Assembly (NCBI GenBank): GCA_965235115.1
Contig: OZ249440.1
Location: 34,722,001-34,786,000, forward strand
Length of the DNA stretch: 64,000 bases
Direction: 5' to 3'
Source of the DNA: Laetmonice hystrix
Lineage: Eukaryota
Every line of letters starts with the position of its first letter. The first letter of the stretch is position 1. The position numbers and the translations under genes were made by a program. A model generated the notes under the pieces. It worked only from the letters and a program-made list of their open reading frames with translations, was not told the DNA's origin and searched no databases. Positions 13,708 through 25,649 of this stretch are shown here, piece by piece.

Positions 13708-16256
13708 TGTAACGTCTTGGGGTTGGGGTAGCTACGACTCCCCTGCAGCAACTCTCAACAACCCTTTTTACCTCTCTCTCCCTGGATCTATCGATGCGTA
13801 CCCGGGTCTACTATTGGGTGGTCAGCCGTGCGCCCTGTCCCGTAGGCGGGGTTGACCTGACCACCGACCCGTGTCTTGACTACTCCCTCGGGCGTGTCCT
13901 GACCCCGCACGTGACGAACGAGCTATACCGTTATATCATGACACGCCCCCTTCTCCGGACAAAGAACTGTCCTCAGTTCGAAAAGAAACTCCTAAGCATA
14001 ACATCAACACTTCATTTTATACAGTATAGTACTGCAGTTCGCATGTGAGACATAAAATACTCATTATCATATCATTACTATTCGCATATATAAGTATGCC
14101 TAATATTTCCTCATACAATGCCCTAAGTATTGCGGATCGCATATCAAATATAGAAAATACTCATTATCATCATTATCATCCACATATAAGCATGCATATT
14201 ATTCTTCATATAATATACCAAGTACTGCGGATCACATATCCAAATAGAAAATACCCGTCATCATAATTATTATCCACATATATAAATGTGTGTAACATCT
14301 CTACATATAAGATACCAAGTACTGCGGATCACATATCCAAATAGAAAATACTTATCTGAAAACGTGGCGGTACACAATTAACCGTTCTGTAAAGGGACAT
14401 ATCTCAAAATATTGTTACGAATAATGCATAAGGCGCCACCATGTGGACTATGGATAAGGTTCATTAATCTGCGGACTTGCATACGCGGCACTGAAAGGTA
14501 AAGGGGTAAGTGGAGAACATGTGACCTGCCCAGGGCGCTGGTCACATGCAAGACAGTTGTGTGCCAATCGACACACAGACGCACTCTCAAACAGTCACTC
14601 TCTAATCTCAAAGATCTGATAACCAGTTGCGATGACTCAAGTTTTAGAAGGTGGGGTGGCACCCGTAGGGTCCTTACCTTAATAATGACACTATCATATG
14701 CATTGTTTACTTCCAGACACAGATGCGAGTTCTCACTATCAAAAATGCTTCGAATAATTGCAGAAAAAGGTGAAAATAAGATTGAGTTCTGAGCCATATA
14801 ACGTACGACCTTGACCATGATATACCCTGTATGTATAACTATGAGGATTATCAGAATGATGGTGACATAATTGTGCCAGTGGTCGAGAAAAGAGGGGTTT
14901 TGCCCCGGGGTGTTATGTTTCCACAATAATGAAGTGGGTGCCGAATCAGCGGATGGTACCGCTATAATTGATAACATACCCAATAGTGAGCGATATCTCA
15001 AATACAATTTGATCAATATTATCAGGCTACCAAAAGTCAAAATACTATTTAAGATAAACCAGGGCAGTCCCAATGCCATAGGAATACAACTAGGTAAAGT
15101 AGTCAACTTGTTATCAAGATAATCGAGGTGTGACAGAAAGTACACTTTCCTCTGTTTATGTAATTGATGACTTAAGGTTTTGAGACCTACCGCGACTTGA
15201 TCGGCTGTATGGTTGTCTTTCTCAAAAGAGCTTATATAGAACGGTAGTTCCTTAATAGGTTCAGTTGACTTATCATACGAAAACGATTCGTCCAGCCGCG
15301 AGTGCAACATAGTTTTACGAGATAATTCCGCAAGAGCTAAGATGTTTGTCGGGTATAAAACTTCGCTTTGTCCGTCCATATTAACACATGTTTCAAGGGA
15401 TGATGGGAAAAGTACAGTATCGGTCCGTACTGCGCAAGAACAAGATACACTTATCAAACACAAATCACAGTGCGGTACTGGCGTTACAACCGAACGTGGG
15501 CAAATTAAAGACATACGGTTTCTTCGGTTAGATACGAGTAGTTTGCCATGTCCCAAATCGTGGATATTGTCCTTAAAGACATGGTAGGGTAAATAAACTG
15601 TCTTACATAATTTCCTGATATTTCGGTCCTCTTTGAAGTATAATGCTGTAACACATGTTGGGTCTTTCCTGTGCCGTAATGCAAATGTCTGTGGACAATT
15701 CATATAGCGTACACCCTTACAAGATTCAAGGTCAACGTGTGACAATTCCGTGTACCAATCCGTGCCTGCTTGCAATGCAAAATACTGTGGAAGGTGTCGA
15801 ATTAGTGTAGCGCCCGTGCCATTCTGTAATGGTAGCTGCGTTGAAAATACTTTATATACGTATAGGTCCGGTTCAAAGTTGTCAATCGGAATAGTTAGCT
15901 GAACGTATAAACTGTCCCCCACATTAATTGTTACTGTTGAAGGTTCACGGTAATAGTGATACGCCTTCAAAAACGGCTTCAGACAGAACTGACGACGATT
16001 TCTATGGTTTATTTCTCTCCAACTCTCTCTACAGCAACTCTCCGTCTCGACTCCCCTGCAGCAACTCTCAACAACCCTTTTTACCTCTCTCTCCCTGGAT
16101 CTATCGATGCGTACCCGGGTCTACTATTGGGTGGTCAGCCGTGCGCCCTGTCCCGTAGGCGGGGTTGACCTGACCACCGACCCGTGTCTTGACTACTCCC
16201 TCGGGCGTGTCCTGACCCCGCTCGTGACGAACGAGCTATACCGTTATATCATGACA
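13708..16256 (-). mobile_element. Internally deleted env-bearing Gypsy-like LTR element (5' LTR part + 3' half of env + PPT + 3' LTR)
   Basis: TG...CA ends; GTAT TSD at 13704-13707 and 16257-16260; ~210-bp LTR repeat (13735-13943 vs 16048-16256, one mismatch seen); PPT GGAGAAGGGGGCG next to the 3' LTR start at 13943. Confidence 0.88.
14378..15970 (-). CDS. env: C-terminal half of an envelope glycoprotein (baculovirus-F/errantivirus-like), 530-aa open frame without a native start
   Basis: LYVQLTIP..LYVYKV, Cys-rich ectodomain (C..ALY....I..LC; HCDLCLISVSCSCAV), hydrophobic TM segments (LPWFILNSILTFGSLIILI; YVTIILIILIVI); lies inside the LTR pair. Confidence 0.8.
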   Translation of the reverse strand: MKAYHYYREPSTVTINVGDSLYVQLTIPIDNFEPDLYVYKVFSTQLPLQNGTGATLIRHLPQYFALQAGTDWYTELSHVDLESCKGVRYMNCPQTFALRHRKDPTCVTALYFKEDRNIRKLCKTVYLPYHVFKDNIHDLGHGKLLVSNRRNRMSLICPRSVVTPVPHCDLCLISVSCSCAVRTDTVLFPSSLETCVNMDGQSEVLYPTNILALAELSRKTMLHSRLDESFSYDKSTEPIKELPFYISSFEKDNHTADQVAVGLKTLSHQLHKQRKVYFLSHLDYLDNKLTTLPSCIPMALGLPWFILNSILTFGSLIILIKLYLRYRSLLGMLSIIAVPSADSAPTSLLWKHNTPGQNPSFLDHWHNYVTIILIILIVIHTGYIMVKVVRYMAQNSILFSPFSAIIRSIFDSENSHLCLEVNNAYDSVIIKVRTLRVPPHLLKLESSQLVIRSLRLESDCLRVRLCVDWHTTVLHVTSALGRSHVLHLPLYLSVPRMQVRRLMNLIHSPHGGALCIIRNNILRYVPLQNG

Positions 16257-16550
16257 GTATAACAAGAAAGCAGGGTTACACTGATCAGACATCAGTGCAC
16301 AAAGGTGGGGAGAATCCCAAAGTTAGGAAAAAGTTAAAAGTCACGATCAGCCCAAAACATAACGAATGGCAACACTTACTTTACACACATGGTGGTCCAC
16401 TATCTAGTTTCCTAACATTGTCCTGAATATACAACTGGCCAGAGTCTGTGCGTGGTTGTTACTCTCTGCTCACTGTTCTCTGTTGCTTCAACCACTGAAC
16501 TGCCCTCCACTCAACTCAACTGCCTGACTCTACAAACTGGGGTTGTATAT

Positions 16551-16753
16551 GCCGTAGCTAGGGGGGGGCTGAAGGGGCTGCAGCCCCCCCCCCAACCAAA
16601 ATCAAGTCAATTTTTTGTTTCCTAATTTCAAAATTTTCTGGGGGAGTACCCCCCGACCCCCCTCCTTTTCGTTTACTCGCGCCTGCAGCGCTCGATGACG
16701 CGCACCTATGGCGCTTGTCAGCCCCCCCTGAAACAATCCTGGCTACGGCCCTG
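16551..16753. mobile_element. MITE with GC-rich TIRs (left TIR truncated)
   Basis: GCCGTAGCTAGG at 16551 vs CCTGGCTACGGCCCTG at 16738-16753. Confidence 0.65.
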
Positions 16754-17069
16754 CCCTTTGACCAATTAGGGCGGGGCTAAGTAATTAGCCCCTGCTCACT
16801 CACCGGAACGGCGCCTGCATTGAGGTGTCGGGTTTTGTTCATATCTACTATCTTTCTACTGACTAACATAACACACACTGTACCACCACCATGATATAGT
16901 GTATACCATTCTGATCATAACGATACCAAATATGATATTCTAAATATAACAACTTTCAATTGAGGGTAAATTTTCATATTCACACACAATTAAACATTAT
17001 ATTGACAAATACTACACACACCCTGAGATATTATACCTTAGATAACCATTCAGTAACTTGTGCATCTTG

Positions 17070-17218
17070 ACTCTTTTATAGATGTGTTTTGGTGGTGTTC
17101 CCGTTGGGACCCGGGATAAAATAGGTTCCTTTGGTTTTATGGTCTTATAACTCTGTTCTCGACGTGAAGATGGCCGCGGATGCTGACACGGCGCAAAACC
17201 ACCACTACTCACTCACTC
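17070..17218 (+). mobile_element. Extremely 5'-truncated I/Nimb-like LINE (3' UTR + (CACT)n tail)
   Basis: Matches the 3' end of the RNase H LINE copies (e.g. 49325-49478); 14-bp TSD ACTTGTGCATCTTG at 17056-17069 and 17219-17232. Confidence 0.9.
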
Positions 17219-18630
17219 ACTTGTGCATCTTGTAAAGTGAAAAGGTAATGTTTTAGGAAAAGAAAACAGACAAAAGGTTCCTTGGTCCTGTAGACACATG
17301 AAGACAATTTATCCGAGGTCGGTTACAACTGTTATACTGTTGACACAACATCGCAGCTTCTGGGTGAGAACTGCCGTGAAGTGGCATGATGTAATACCTG
17401 TAGTAAGGCTTTCAGGATTTCATCAATATCATGAGAAGTGGGATTTTCCAAAATCAGCAGCTTGTGAATTGCTACAACAGCAGCAGCGAGACAAAAACGA
17501 CCCCTTCAGAAGTCTGAAAATACTACTGGGCTACCGTACCATGTACCCCAATGATGACAGGTCAACGATGGCTGGCGGTGATGATCCTTGTATTCTCAGA
17601 CGTATACGTATACTGGCCGAGAGGCTGAACCTCATGCTGAACTGACCAGACTGAGAGACTGGTTTAGAAGATGATCTCTACTGAATTTTCTGTGCCAAAG
17701 ACCAGGTTGGAGGAAAAGTCAATCTTTATTTTGACTGACTACACAAATGCACGCGCGCTGGTTAAGGTTGAGCAAAACTTAAAGATAATCCAGGCTAGCA
17801 TAAAGCAAGGCCGAGCGCCACCAGTTCGAATTTCACAGAACAAAAGTCCGCATGATAATAAATGCCGCTATATAATAAAAGCTGAATCCGTAACCTCCTA
17901 GGAACACAGAATAAACGTAGAGAAAGTAGTCACTGAAAGAAAAGGCGAGGTCACGGTCTCGGCCAGAAGGCAGGTCCGGCAAGAAAACGCAGTTGTTTCG
18001 CGCGTGCTGCCAGCTAGAGAACGACTGTTTGTATAGCTGCGAGTCCCAAATATACAGGGGGTCATTACCCTGGTGGCCATGGCCACCCGCTGCGGCCTCC
18101 ACCCGTCCTGTCCTTTAAACTTCATTAAGGGGCTTAATGACCCATATGTGGAACTCCGTCCGCGTCAGCATCCCGGCCCGGAACTCCACCCCCTCCGCTT
18201 TGCCAGCAGTGGACCCGGTGGCTGAGGTCACCGACACGGACCTACAAAATGACATCGTGACACTGCCTGCCCAGCTGGGGGTCCGCCATGGAGGCCAACA
18301 CGGACGGAAGGTGCTGGGTACATGCCGATGTCAACTCACCATGACAACGGTAGCGATACGACCATTATACAACTTGGGAGATGACGGCCCGAGCATAAAC
18401 CTGGATCCAGCACCGCACCAGCGTTCGACTTAAGGGAACCCAATATTCTAGCAACTACATGATTAAATATACATAACATCCAATCCGCCTATCCTTACAA
18501 ACGAGCACAAGGATTCGACTATACTAACATACAGAGATAATAAAGTATAATATACTTTATATAATAGGATATAATACGGGGGAGGCCAACTATAGCGAAG
18601 CCTGGCTGCAACAATATGTCCCTGTATTAT

Positions 18631-20087
18631 CAGGGATGAAAGTTTTCAGGAAATTTCCTGAAATCAGGAAATTTGAAAAAATCCCCCCCACCCCCAAGAA
18701 ATAACACCCAAAAAAGGAAATAGGCCTAGATCTATAGGCAAAAGAGGTAGGCCTAAGCCAAGGCTAAGTATTGCCCTGGACTGTGTGGTGGGCAATTTTA
18801 TATATCAAATGAAACAATATCCCCTTCCAGGACGTTTTTAACACCATGCAGCTCAATATATCTCTACCTGCCAAAGTTCGTTTATAGATGGGGATATTAG
18901 AGTGTCTCAAACCCGTCCAGTGTCACGGGTGCCACCGTGCATAGGCCGGTCTGCCGGGGGTGCTGGTCCCTGTAGCTGTGGTGACATCGCTCACATAGAC
19001 CGGCCCGCGTGGGCTGACTTCTACCGGCACGCGGTGGCGTCTGTCCCGTCTGGCAGGCACGGCCCCGTGTCGCTGTGGTGAGAGCGACTCACCTCAGGTA
19101 ATGACTTCAGGCAAAATTGATGGTCAGGCAGCTGCGAAGCCCGTTGATTCAGGCTTGCCATTATGCCATATCCATGCGCGAGTTTTGCCTGAGCGCTCAC
19201 TTAGTGATAGCAACGAGACTATAGACAGACCGGTCTGTCTAGTCCCGGTGATAGTGATTAGGCCTACGAACTACGCACCATCACAATGTCACTCCTCACA
19301 GGAAACTGGGTCAATTTAGTTCTATGAATCTGCCTAGTATATGTCAGTAAGTTCTCATAATGTGTTCTTGCATATAAATTTGAGGATAGTGGCATTACGT
19401 AAGTGGTTTTCACTGAAGTTTTGGGGTTGTCAGGACTTTTCATTACATTTGTCGATCAGTGCAGGTGTCCTGATAAGACCGGAAGTGACAATTTCCACAA
19501 CAACATGAGTGGCACATGGACACACGGGCTGAACCACTCGACTCAGCGAAGCCTGTGTTGCTTGGCTGAGAGCCGCTGAGGGTCGTGACTGCTGAGGGTC
19601 AAGACTGATGGACAGCCTGTGTGGTCAGTCTAACACATGGAAGCTGTTTGACAACGTAATCGGTTGCATTTTGGACGCTAAAAGCCGACTGGATTCCAAT
19701 GTTGGAGAGAGACGGCAGAGCCAGAGGTTGACACTGACTGTGACTGAGTGACAGGCAAGCAACAGCCTTGAACAGGGGCATGGACTGATGAGTGATGGAG
19801 TCTATCCAGCAAATTTGCAGGGGTGGGGGGTTGAGGGGGTGGGTGGGTGGGGGGGGGGGGGGTGGCGTCTAAATACTGAGGGCTAGGCCCTATAAATTAA
19901 TATAATAGCTAGGAGGCCTTATCGGATCATGATTGTCTGCTGTTCCTAGCCTGACTTTTTTTAAGGGGGGGGGGGGGGTAAGCCTTGGATGTGCGCATGA
20001 ACAAATATTAATTATGGACATTGGCCCCCGCCGCTCCCCCCCGGTCAGAATTTCAGGAAATTTTACAGCTGGCCACTTTCATCCCTG
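18631..20087. mobile_element. Non-autonomous hAT-like DNA transposon (1457 bp)
   Basis: TIR CAGGGATGAAAGT ... ACTTTCATCCCTG; 8-bp TSD TGTATTAT / TGTATTAC; subterminal TCAGGAAATT repeats. Confidence 0.85.
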
Positions 20088-20275
20088 TGTATTACACCAG
20101 GTCTCACTTTGTCAGAGTTTTGTAGAGGGAAGCACCAGTCTCTTGGCTTTGCACAGACTTTGTGAGTGCCACTGCTTTTTGCACATTGCCATCACACTTC
20201 AGCACATTTCAGCACATTGTCATCACGTTTCAGCACATTGTCAGCACATTTCAGCACATTGTCATCACGTTTAGG

Positions 20276-20716
20276 TGTCAGGGTCTAACGGGGAGTTCTG
20301 TTGTTAGGCTACTCAGGATCGAGGGCTTGCAGATAGAACTGACGACGCAGGAGATGGACATATAGCTTTGTGTTTATTCCGTCTGTCTACATTGTACTCG
20401 CTGCTCTCTCTCTCCAAGATATATATCATCTCTCCTCTCCCACAGTTTACAATAACATGTTTCTACTTTCTATTGGCTGGCGCGGTCGCACCCAAACCGG
20501 TGCTTAACCTCTCACCTATGAGGGCAGGGCATGACCTTTTTCTTAGCTACATCTTCCTCAAATTGAGTGAGTTGAGTATGTTCGGCTTTGTCAGATCACG
20601 TACCAAGCCACAATACAGGCGCACTCTAAGATGAAAATATAATACATGTATATATATATTATACACTGTCCTTGTTTGAATGAATAACACTGGTCGATTC
20701 AACGACCCCTGTGACA
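20276..20716 (-). mobile_element. Probable solo LTR; a second partial copy at 21954-~22245
   Basis: TGTCAGGG...CCCTGTGACA ends, flanks TAGG/AAGG, AATAAA on minus; shares AGAACTGACGACG..TTTATT with the env-element LTR. Confidence 0.6.
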
Positions 20717-20929
20717 AAGGTAAACAGTTTTGTTTATAACCACGTGTCTTTTACTACACACAAGGACTGTCATGCGGTGTCCCGTGCACTGTATACGACC
20801 ACATCAGGTGTGTAAAACGTAGTCACGGGTTAGGTCAAGGGCCGGCCGAACCCTCAGTTCCCAGCAGTAAACGGCCAATCAAGGCAATCTAAGCTGCAGG
20901 TAAACCATACCTAAGCTACATTACAAGTG

Positions 20930-21800
20930 GTCTCCCAATCATGCGGACTGGGTGTGCATGAATATATTCGAGGCATGCCTCATTCAAGTCATCTTTTGAC
21001 ACATTATCTGTTGTGTTTAGGGGAATATCCCTTCCACTTTACTAGGAACTCCTGCCAGTTATGATTTAGTGCCTTTGGAAACCCTTTTCTGTTCTTGGGA
21101 ATGTAGAGGAAAACTAAATCTCCCGCCTTAAAGGTAGCAGGAGCAGCCCGTTTATTGAAGCGTCTTCTGTAGGCCTCCCTGCTCTCTTTCGATTGACTCT
21201 TTTATAGATGTGTTTTGGTGGTGTTCCCGTTGGGACCCGGGATAAAATAGGTTCTTTTGGTTTTATGGTCTTATAACTCTGTTTTCGCCGTGAAGATGAC
21301 CCCAGATGCCGACACGGCGCAAAACCACCACTAGTCGCTACTCACTCTCTCTTTCGATTTCTGCATACTAATGGTTCTCGCGCTTTCTATCCTATTTATG
21401 AATTGTTGGAGGTATTCCCTTATACTGCGTTTCGATCGGGGTGGCGGTTTCATGACTGTATCGATGGGTTTCGACGGTTCTCTTCCAAACATCAAATAAT
21501 TTGGGCTGAAACCAGTGAATGCGGAGGGAGTTGAATTTATACAACTAGCTACAGCTTGTAGAGCTTTGTCCCATTCTTCCTCAAATTGATTGAGATAGAA
21601 AGACAGGACTTGCTGTACGGTCTCTTGTAACCTCTCTATGATTCCATGTGATCGCGCTACGTATAAACCAATTGTGAATTTTCTAGATACCTCACCCTGT
21701 GTTTTGTTGAGGTGGGCGCCTAAGTCTTCCAGCCGATCCGCGTAGGCTTCGAGACTGTCAAAATGGTTGTCAAATTTCATGTTAGCAAAGTCCTGCTCCA
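20930..21800 (-). pseudogene. Gypsy gag fragment fused to integrase C-terminus with chromodomain remnant
   Basis: YADRLEDLG..L.KTQ.EV..KFT.GL (homologous to the gag at 39521-39898) joined to SHGIIER..WD..L....INST....TGFSP..LMFGREP, then FKAGDLVFL and EFLVKWKGYSP-type chromodomain. Confidence 0.8.
21195..21346 (+). mobile_element. Extremely 5'-truncated I/Nimb-like LINE 3' end
   Basis: 13-bp TSD CTCTCTTTCGATT at 21182-21194 and 21347-21359; interrupts the integrase frame. Confidence 0.9.
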
Positions 21801-22489
21801 GGCGGTGACAGTCATTTGGGCCCTGGTATCATTGTCATCACGTTTCAGCACATTGTCAGCACATTTCAGCACATTGTCATCACGTTTCGGCACATTGTCA
21901 GCACATTTCAGCACATTGTCATCACGTTTCAGCACATTGTAATCACGTTTAGGTGTCAGGGTCTAACGGGGAGTTCTGTTGTTAGGCTACTCAGGATCGA
22001 GGGCTCGCAGATAGAACTGACGACGCAGGAGATAGACATATAGCTTCGTGTTTATTCCGTCTCTCTACATTGTACTCGCTCTTCTCTCTCTTTCCATGAT
22101 ATATATCGTCTCTCCTCTCTACACACACATATATCTATATATCCCATAGTTTACAATAACACGTTTCTACTTTCTGTTGGCTGGCGCCGTCGCACCAAAA
22201 CCAGCGCTTAACCTCTCACCTCTGGGGGCAGGGCATGACCTTGTCAATCCTGACTATCGGACTGGGACTACCTGGGCGTCACCCGCCAGGCCCGTCATCA
22301 AAGCAAAGCAAAACCATTATACCGTGACATAGGCACATTGTCACCATGTTTCAGCACATTGTCACCACGTTTCAGCACATTGTCACCACGTTTCAGGACG
22401 TCGTCACCACGTTTCAGCACATTGTCATCATGTTTTAGCACATTGTCATCATGTTTCAGCACATTGTCATCATGTCTCTGCAAATAACT

Positions 22490-23180
22490 TGGTGAATGTG
22501 TCCATAATAGAGATGCCACGATAGTTGTTGCATGGATCCCGGGATCCCTTTTTGAAGATTACTATCAAGCAGGATAAGTAGCAGAATAGAACATAAGCGT
22601 AAATACTGTGCCGAGGAATATTATCCAAACTATCCGGCACTGCTTCCAGGACTCCAGGAGGTATTCCTGACCGGCCACCGCACTTATAAGTTTTCATAGA
22701 CTTAATCGCCTCACTGATTTCTACTGGCGTGATAACATTGTCCGTTACTGGCATATAAGGGTGGATACCTTGCAGGACTACTGGATGATCAGTCGGGTGG
22801 TCACCTTCGGTTTTGTTGGCTGTCATGGAACCATTACAATCAATGGAGACCAGATTACTTTTGGCTCGTTCTCATCCACGATACGTTTCCAACGGTTTCC
22901 ATGGAGGTTTTCACCTTCAGAATGTATGCTGGTCTTTCTTGCTTGTATCAGGGTGTCACGGATCAACTCATCTTTGTGGAGGAAGTTTCTCAAGCCACTG
23001 TTCTTCCTTCAACAATTGCCTTCCTGTATCTGTCCCCAAACACTGTGCATTTGACAGGAAATGTAGCATCCACCATCTTATATGTTGGCATTCCTGTTGA
23101 AATGACATGGGGAATCCATCGTCTTGGAGAGAGTCTAGCAATCAACACCTTTAGTGTCTGGGTGCAGGGATCTTTCATCT
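22490..23180 (-). pseudogene. LINE ORF2 fragment (pre-RT region; related to 44891-46220)
   Basis: DNVITPVEISEAIKSMK..KCGG.SG.PPG..., IFKKGSRDPCNNYRGISIMD. Confidence 0.75.
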
Positions 23181-23453
23181 GAGATATAATTGTCTAAAGC
23201 AGAAAAATCAGTTTCCCTCAGAACCAGAAATCAGAACCCCCAGTAGAGTTCTATAGATGATAATTTCTCCCTTTCCGACTATGGCAATGTTATTGCCGGT
23301 AATACCCTGAAGTTGCTTTGCTAACTTCACACAGTCAGAACAATAGTGTTTCCAGGCCTCTAAAGAAATAACTGTGCGTGCCGCTCCTGTCTACCAGGGC
23401 AGGTAACCGCTCCCCCCCCCCCAGTATGAGTTGGATACACAGCCTGGTCTCAC

Positions 23454-23830
23454 TTAGTTTTTTGCATTATTGTTTTTCCTGCCCTGATGCTTCTCATCAT
23501 CCTTAGTTTTCTTATGGCACTCCCGTTTGTAATGGCCAGCTTTACTGCAATAGTAACAAATGACCTGGTTACCTGCGGGCTGTTGTCCAGTCATCACGTT
23601 TGTCAAATCTGACAGCTGAGCTGCCGTGTCATCCAATGCTGTGGCGATATCCCTCGAATTAACATCAGTTGCCTGCTCTGAAGATGAAGTCATCGCTTCT
23701 ATCTCCATGGGCTCTTCTATTCTCAGTGGAGGGCGCAGGCAGACGCTACGGTCGTCGGCCTCTTGGGCGGTTTGGAAGGCTTCCGCGGTGGTTGTTGGAT
23801 TAGCACCCCTTGTACAATAACGGACCCGCT
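23454..23830 (-). pseudogene. gag: LTR-retrotransposon gag C-terminus with CCHC knuckle
   Basis: P.TTAEAFQTAQEA; VICYYCSKAGHYKRECHKK. Confidence 0.75.
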
Positions 23831-23839
23831 CATTGTGGT

Positions 23840-24485
23840 GTGAGATAGCATCATCTTTATGATGATAACAATGTGGTGGGTGATAGCATCATCTTTATGA
23901 TGATAAGTTTGAAGGTAGCATCATCTTTATGATGATAACCTGTGTTTGAAGATGGCCATCTTCTTTTTTTTGTTGTTGTTGTTGTTGTTGTTGTTGTGAT
24001 GATAACCTGTTGGAAGATATCATCTTTATGATGATAACATGTGGTGGGAGATAGCATCATCTGTATGATGATAAGTTTGAAGGTAGAATCATCTTTATGA
24101 TGATAACCCGTCTTTGAAGGTAGCATCATCTTTATGATGATAACCTGTGGTGTGAGATAGCATCATCTTTATGATGATGACCTGTGGAGTGAGATAGCAT
24201 CATCTTTATGATGATAACCTGTGGTGTGAGATAGCATCACCAGTGGTGTGAGATAGCACCCTGTTATATGATGATAACCCGTGTTGGGTGATAGCACCCT
24301 GTTATATGATGATAACCTGTGTTGGAAGATATCCTATTGTATGACATAACCTGTTGGACGATGGTATGACTAGACCCTGTGTTGGAAGATATCCTGTTAT
24401 ATGATGATAACCTGTTAGAATCCTGTTATATGACAATAACCTGTTAGAATCCTGTTATATGACGATGACCTGTGTTGAACGATGG
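23840..24485. repeat. Degenerate ~33-36-bp tandem repeat with an internal palindrome (CATCATCTTTATGATG)
   Basis: GATAGCATCATCTTTATGATGATAAC core repeated about 18 times, diverging to the right; interrupted by (GTT)n near 23970-23997. Confidence 0.85.
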
Positions 24486-25033
24486 TCAAAAACTGATGTG
24501 TGCACCTTTGGTGGCTGACGCCACAGCTATGTAATAAACCTTGAAATGTATATATATACCGGTTTTATTCATCCCATGTAATCAGTAAGACAAAGACCGT
24601 ATCCGCTTTAAGGAGACTCGTCGGGGTAAAATCATTTTATTTAAACATTTTTTTAATTTTTTTTTTTATTTATTTATTTATTTTTATTCATATTAATAAA
24701 CACTTCAAACTAACCACATTCTATATATATAGGTCAGCGACCTAATTTTGGAACTATCCCACTTTGAAATTGCCATGGCATCATACCGATAAGGACCAGC
24801 TTTACTATGGGGTCCTATGGGGAAAATGACACCTCGTCAAAAAAAAAAAACGTAGCTAAAGTAATATATATATATATAAATAATATTAATAAAAAAATAT
24901 ATATATATATATATATATAAGTAGATCAAGGCTTGGGAAATGCGTGGTGACACCGTGTTGACCTAAATGTCATGTCGGCATGGTAACCTATCCGACAAAC
25001 CAGCCTTCCTCATGGCCTCGTGCATCGTCTCAT

Positions 25034-25213
25034 CTAAGAGCATACATGTCGGGATCTACAGGTCGGTGGTGGGGCCGCTGCTGCTGCAGCATCTCTAACA
25101 CTCTCCGATATTAAAGGAGCAAGTAGTGCAGGTAGAAATCCACCTATTTGTAAGATGGTTTTCTTCGTTTTCAGACTCGCTTTCTTGCTTTTAGAAAGTT
25201 TTCTCAAGTGTTT
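25034..25213 (-). pseudogene. Polinton-type small basic protein fragment with adenain-like cleavage site (QIGG-FLPALLAPL); not in the ORF track
   Basis: Hand translation: KHLRKLSKSKKASLKTKKTILQIGGFLPALLAPLISESVRDAAAAAAPPPTCRSRHVCS*; preceded by TTTTCTTTTATAG (acceptor-like or in-frame stop). Confidence 0.7.
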
Positions 25214-25649
25214 CTATAAAAGAAAATACCAAACCACAACAGTTGACTTTTTTTTCTTCTTTTTTTTTAATTATTATTATTATTCATTTAATTATTTATT
25301 AGACCTCTACATTTCAAAGAATTCACGGACGTACTGTATAACGTATTCGTCTCAGTGTCTTTCACTCGCTAAACACGTTACTATATCAAACATACCTCTC
25401 TACATCTGTGCGTAGCATAATACAAGCAATAATGATCTGGGTCCCCTATAACGGTTTAGCATTGAACAAATACCCAGCTAAAGGTTTGATAAAGCTCTGG
25501 GAGTAAAAGTAGGGCGGCTTTCCCCCCAGAATCAAAGAATTCATTTACACCATTCACAGGGGAAATAAAACGTGAGCCAGTGGTTTCCCACGTTATCAAA
25601 CCTACACAACACACGTCAAAATAATAATGCATGGTTTGTTTTAAACGTG

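Larger units (their letters stand above)
20198..22475. repeat. Three short blocks of a 21-bp minisatellite (CAGCACATTGTCATCACGTTT) at ~20198-20272, ~21830-21950 and ~22335-22475
   Basis: Units read directly from the sequence; other elements lie between the blocks. Confidence 0.85.

Noticed and set aside
23840..24485. CRISPR-like array (palindromic repeat with variable linkers)
   Set aside because: Linkers are only ~8-12 bp and related to each other; no cas genes; eukaryotic context
25120..25135. AGTAGT as the left Polinton terminus
   Set aside because: Does not extend into the TIR sequence, lacks the AAGGCA flank and lies inside the QxGG-F coding stretch
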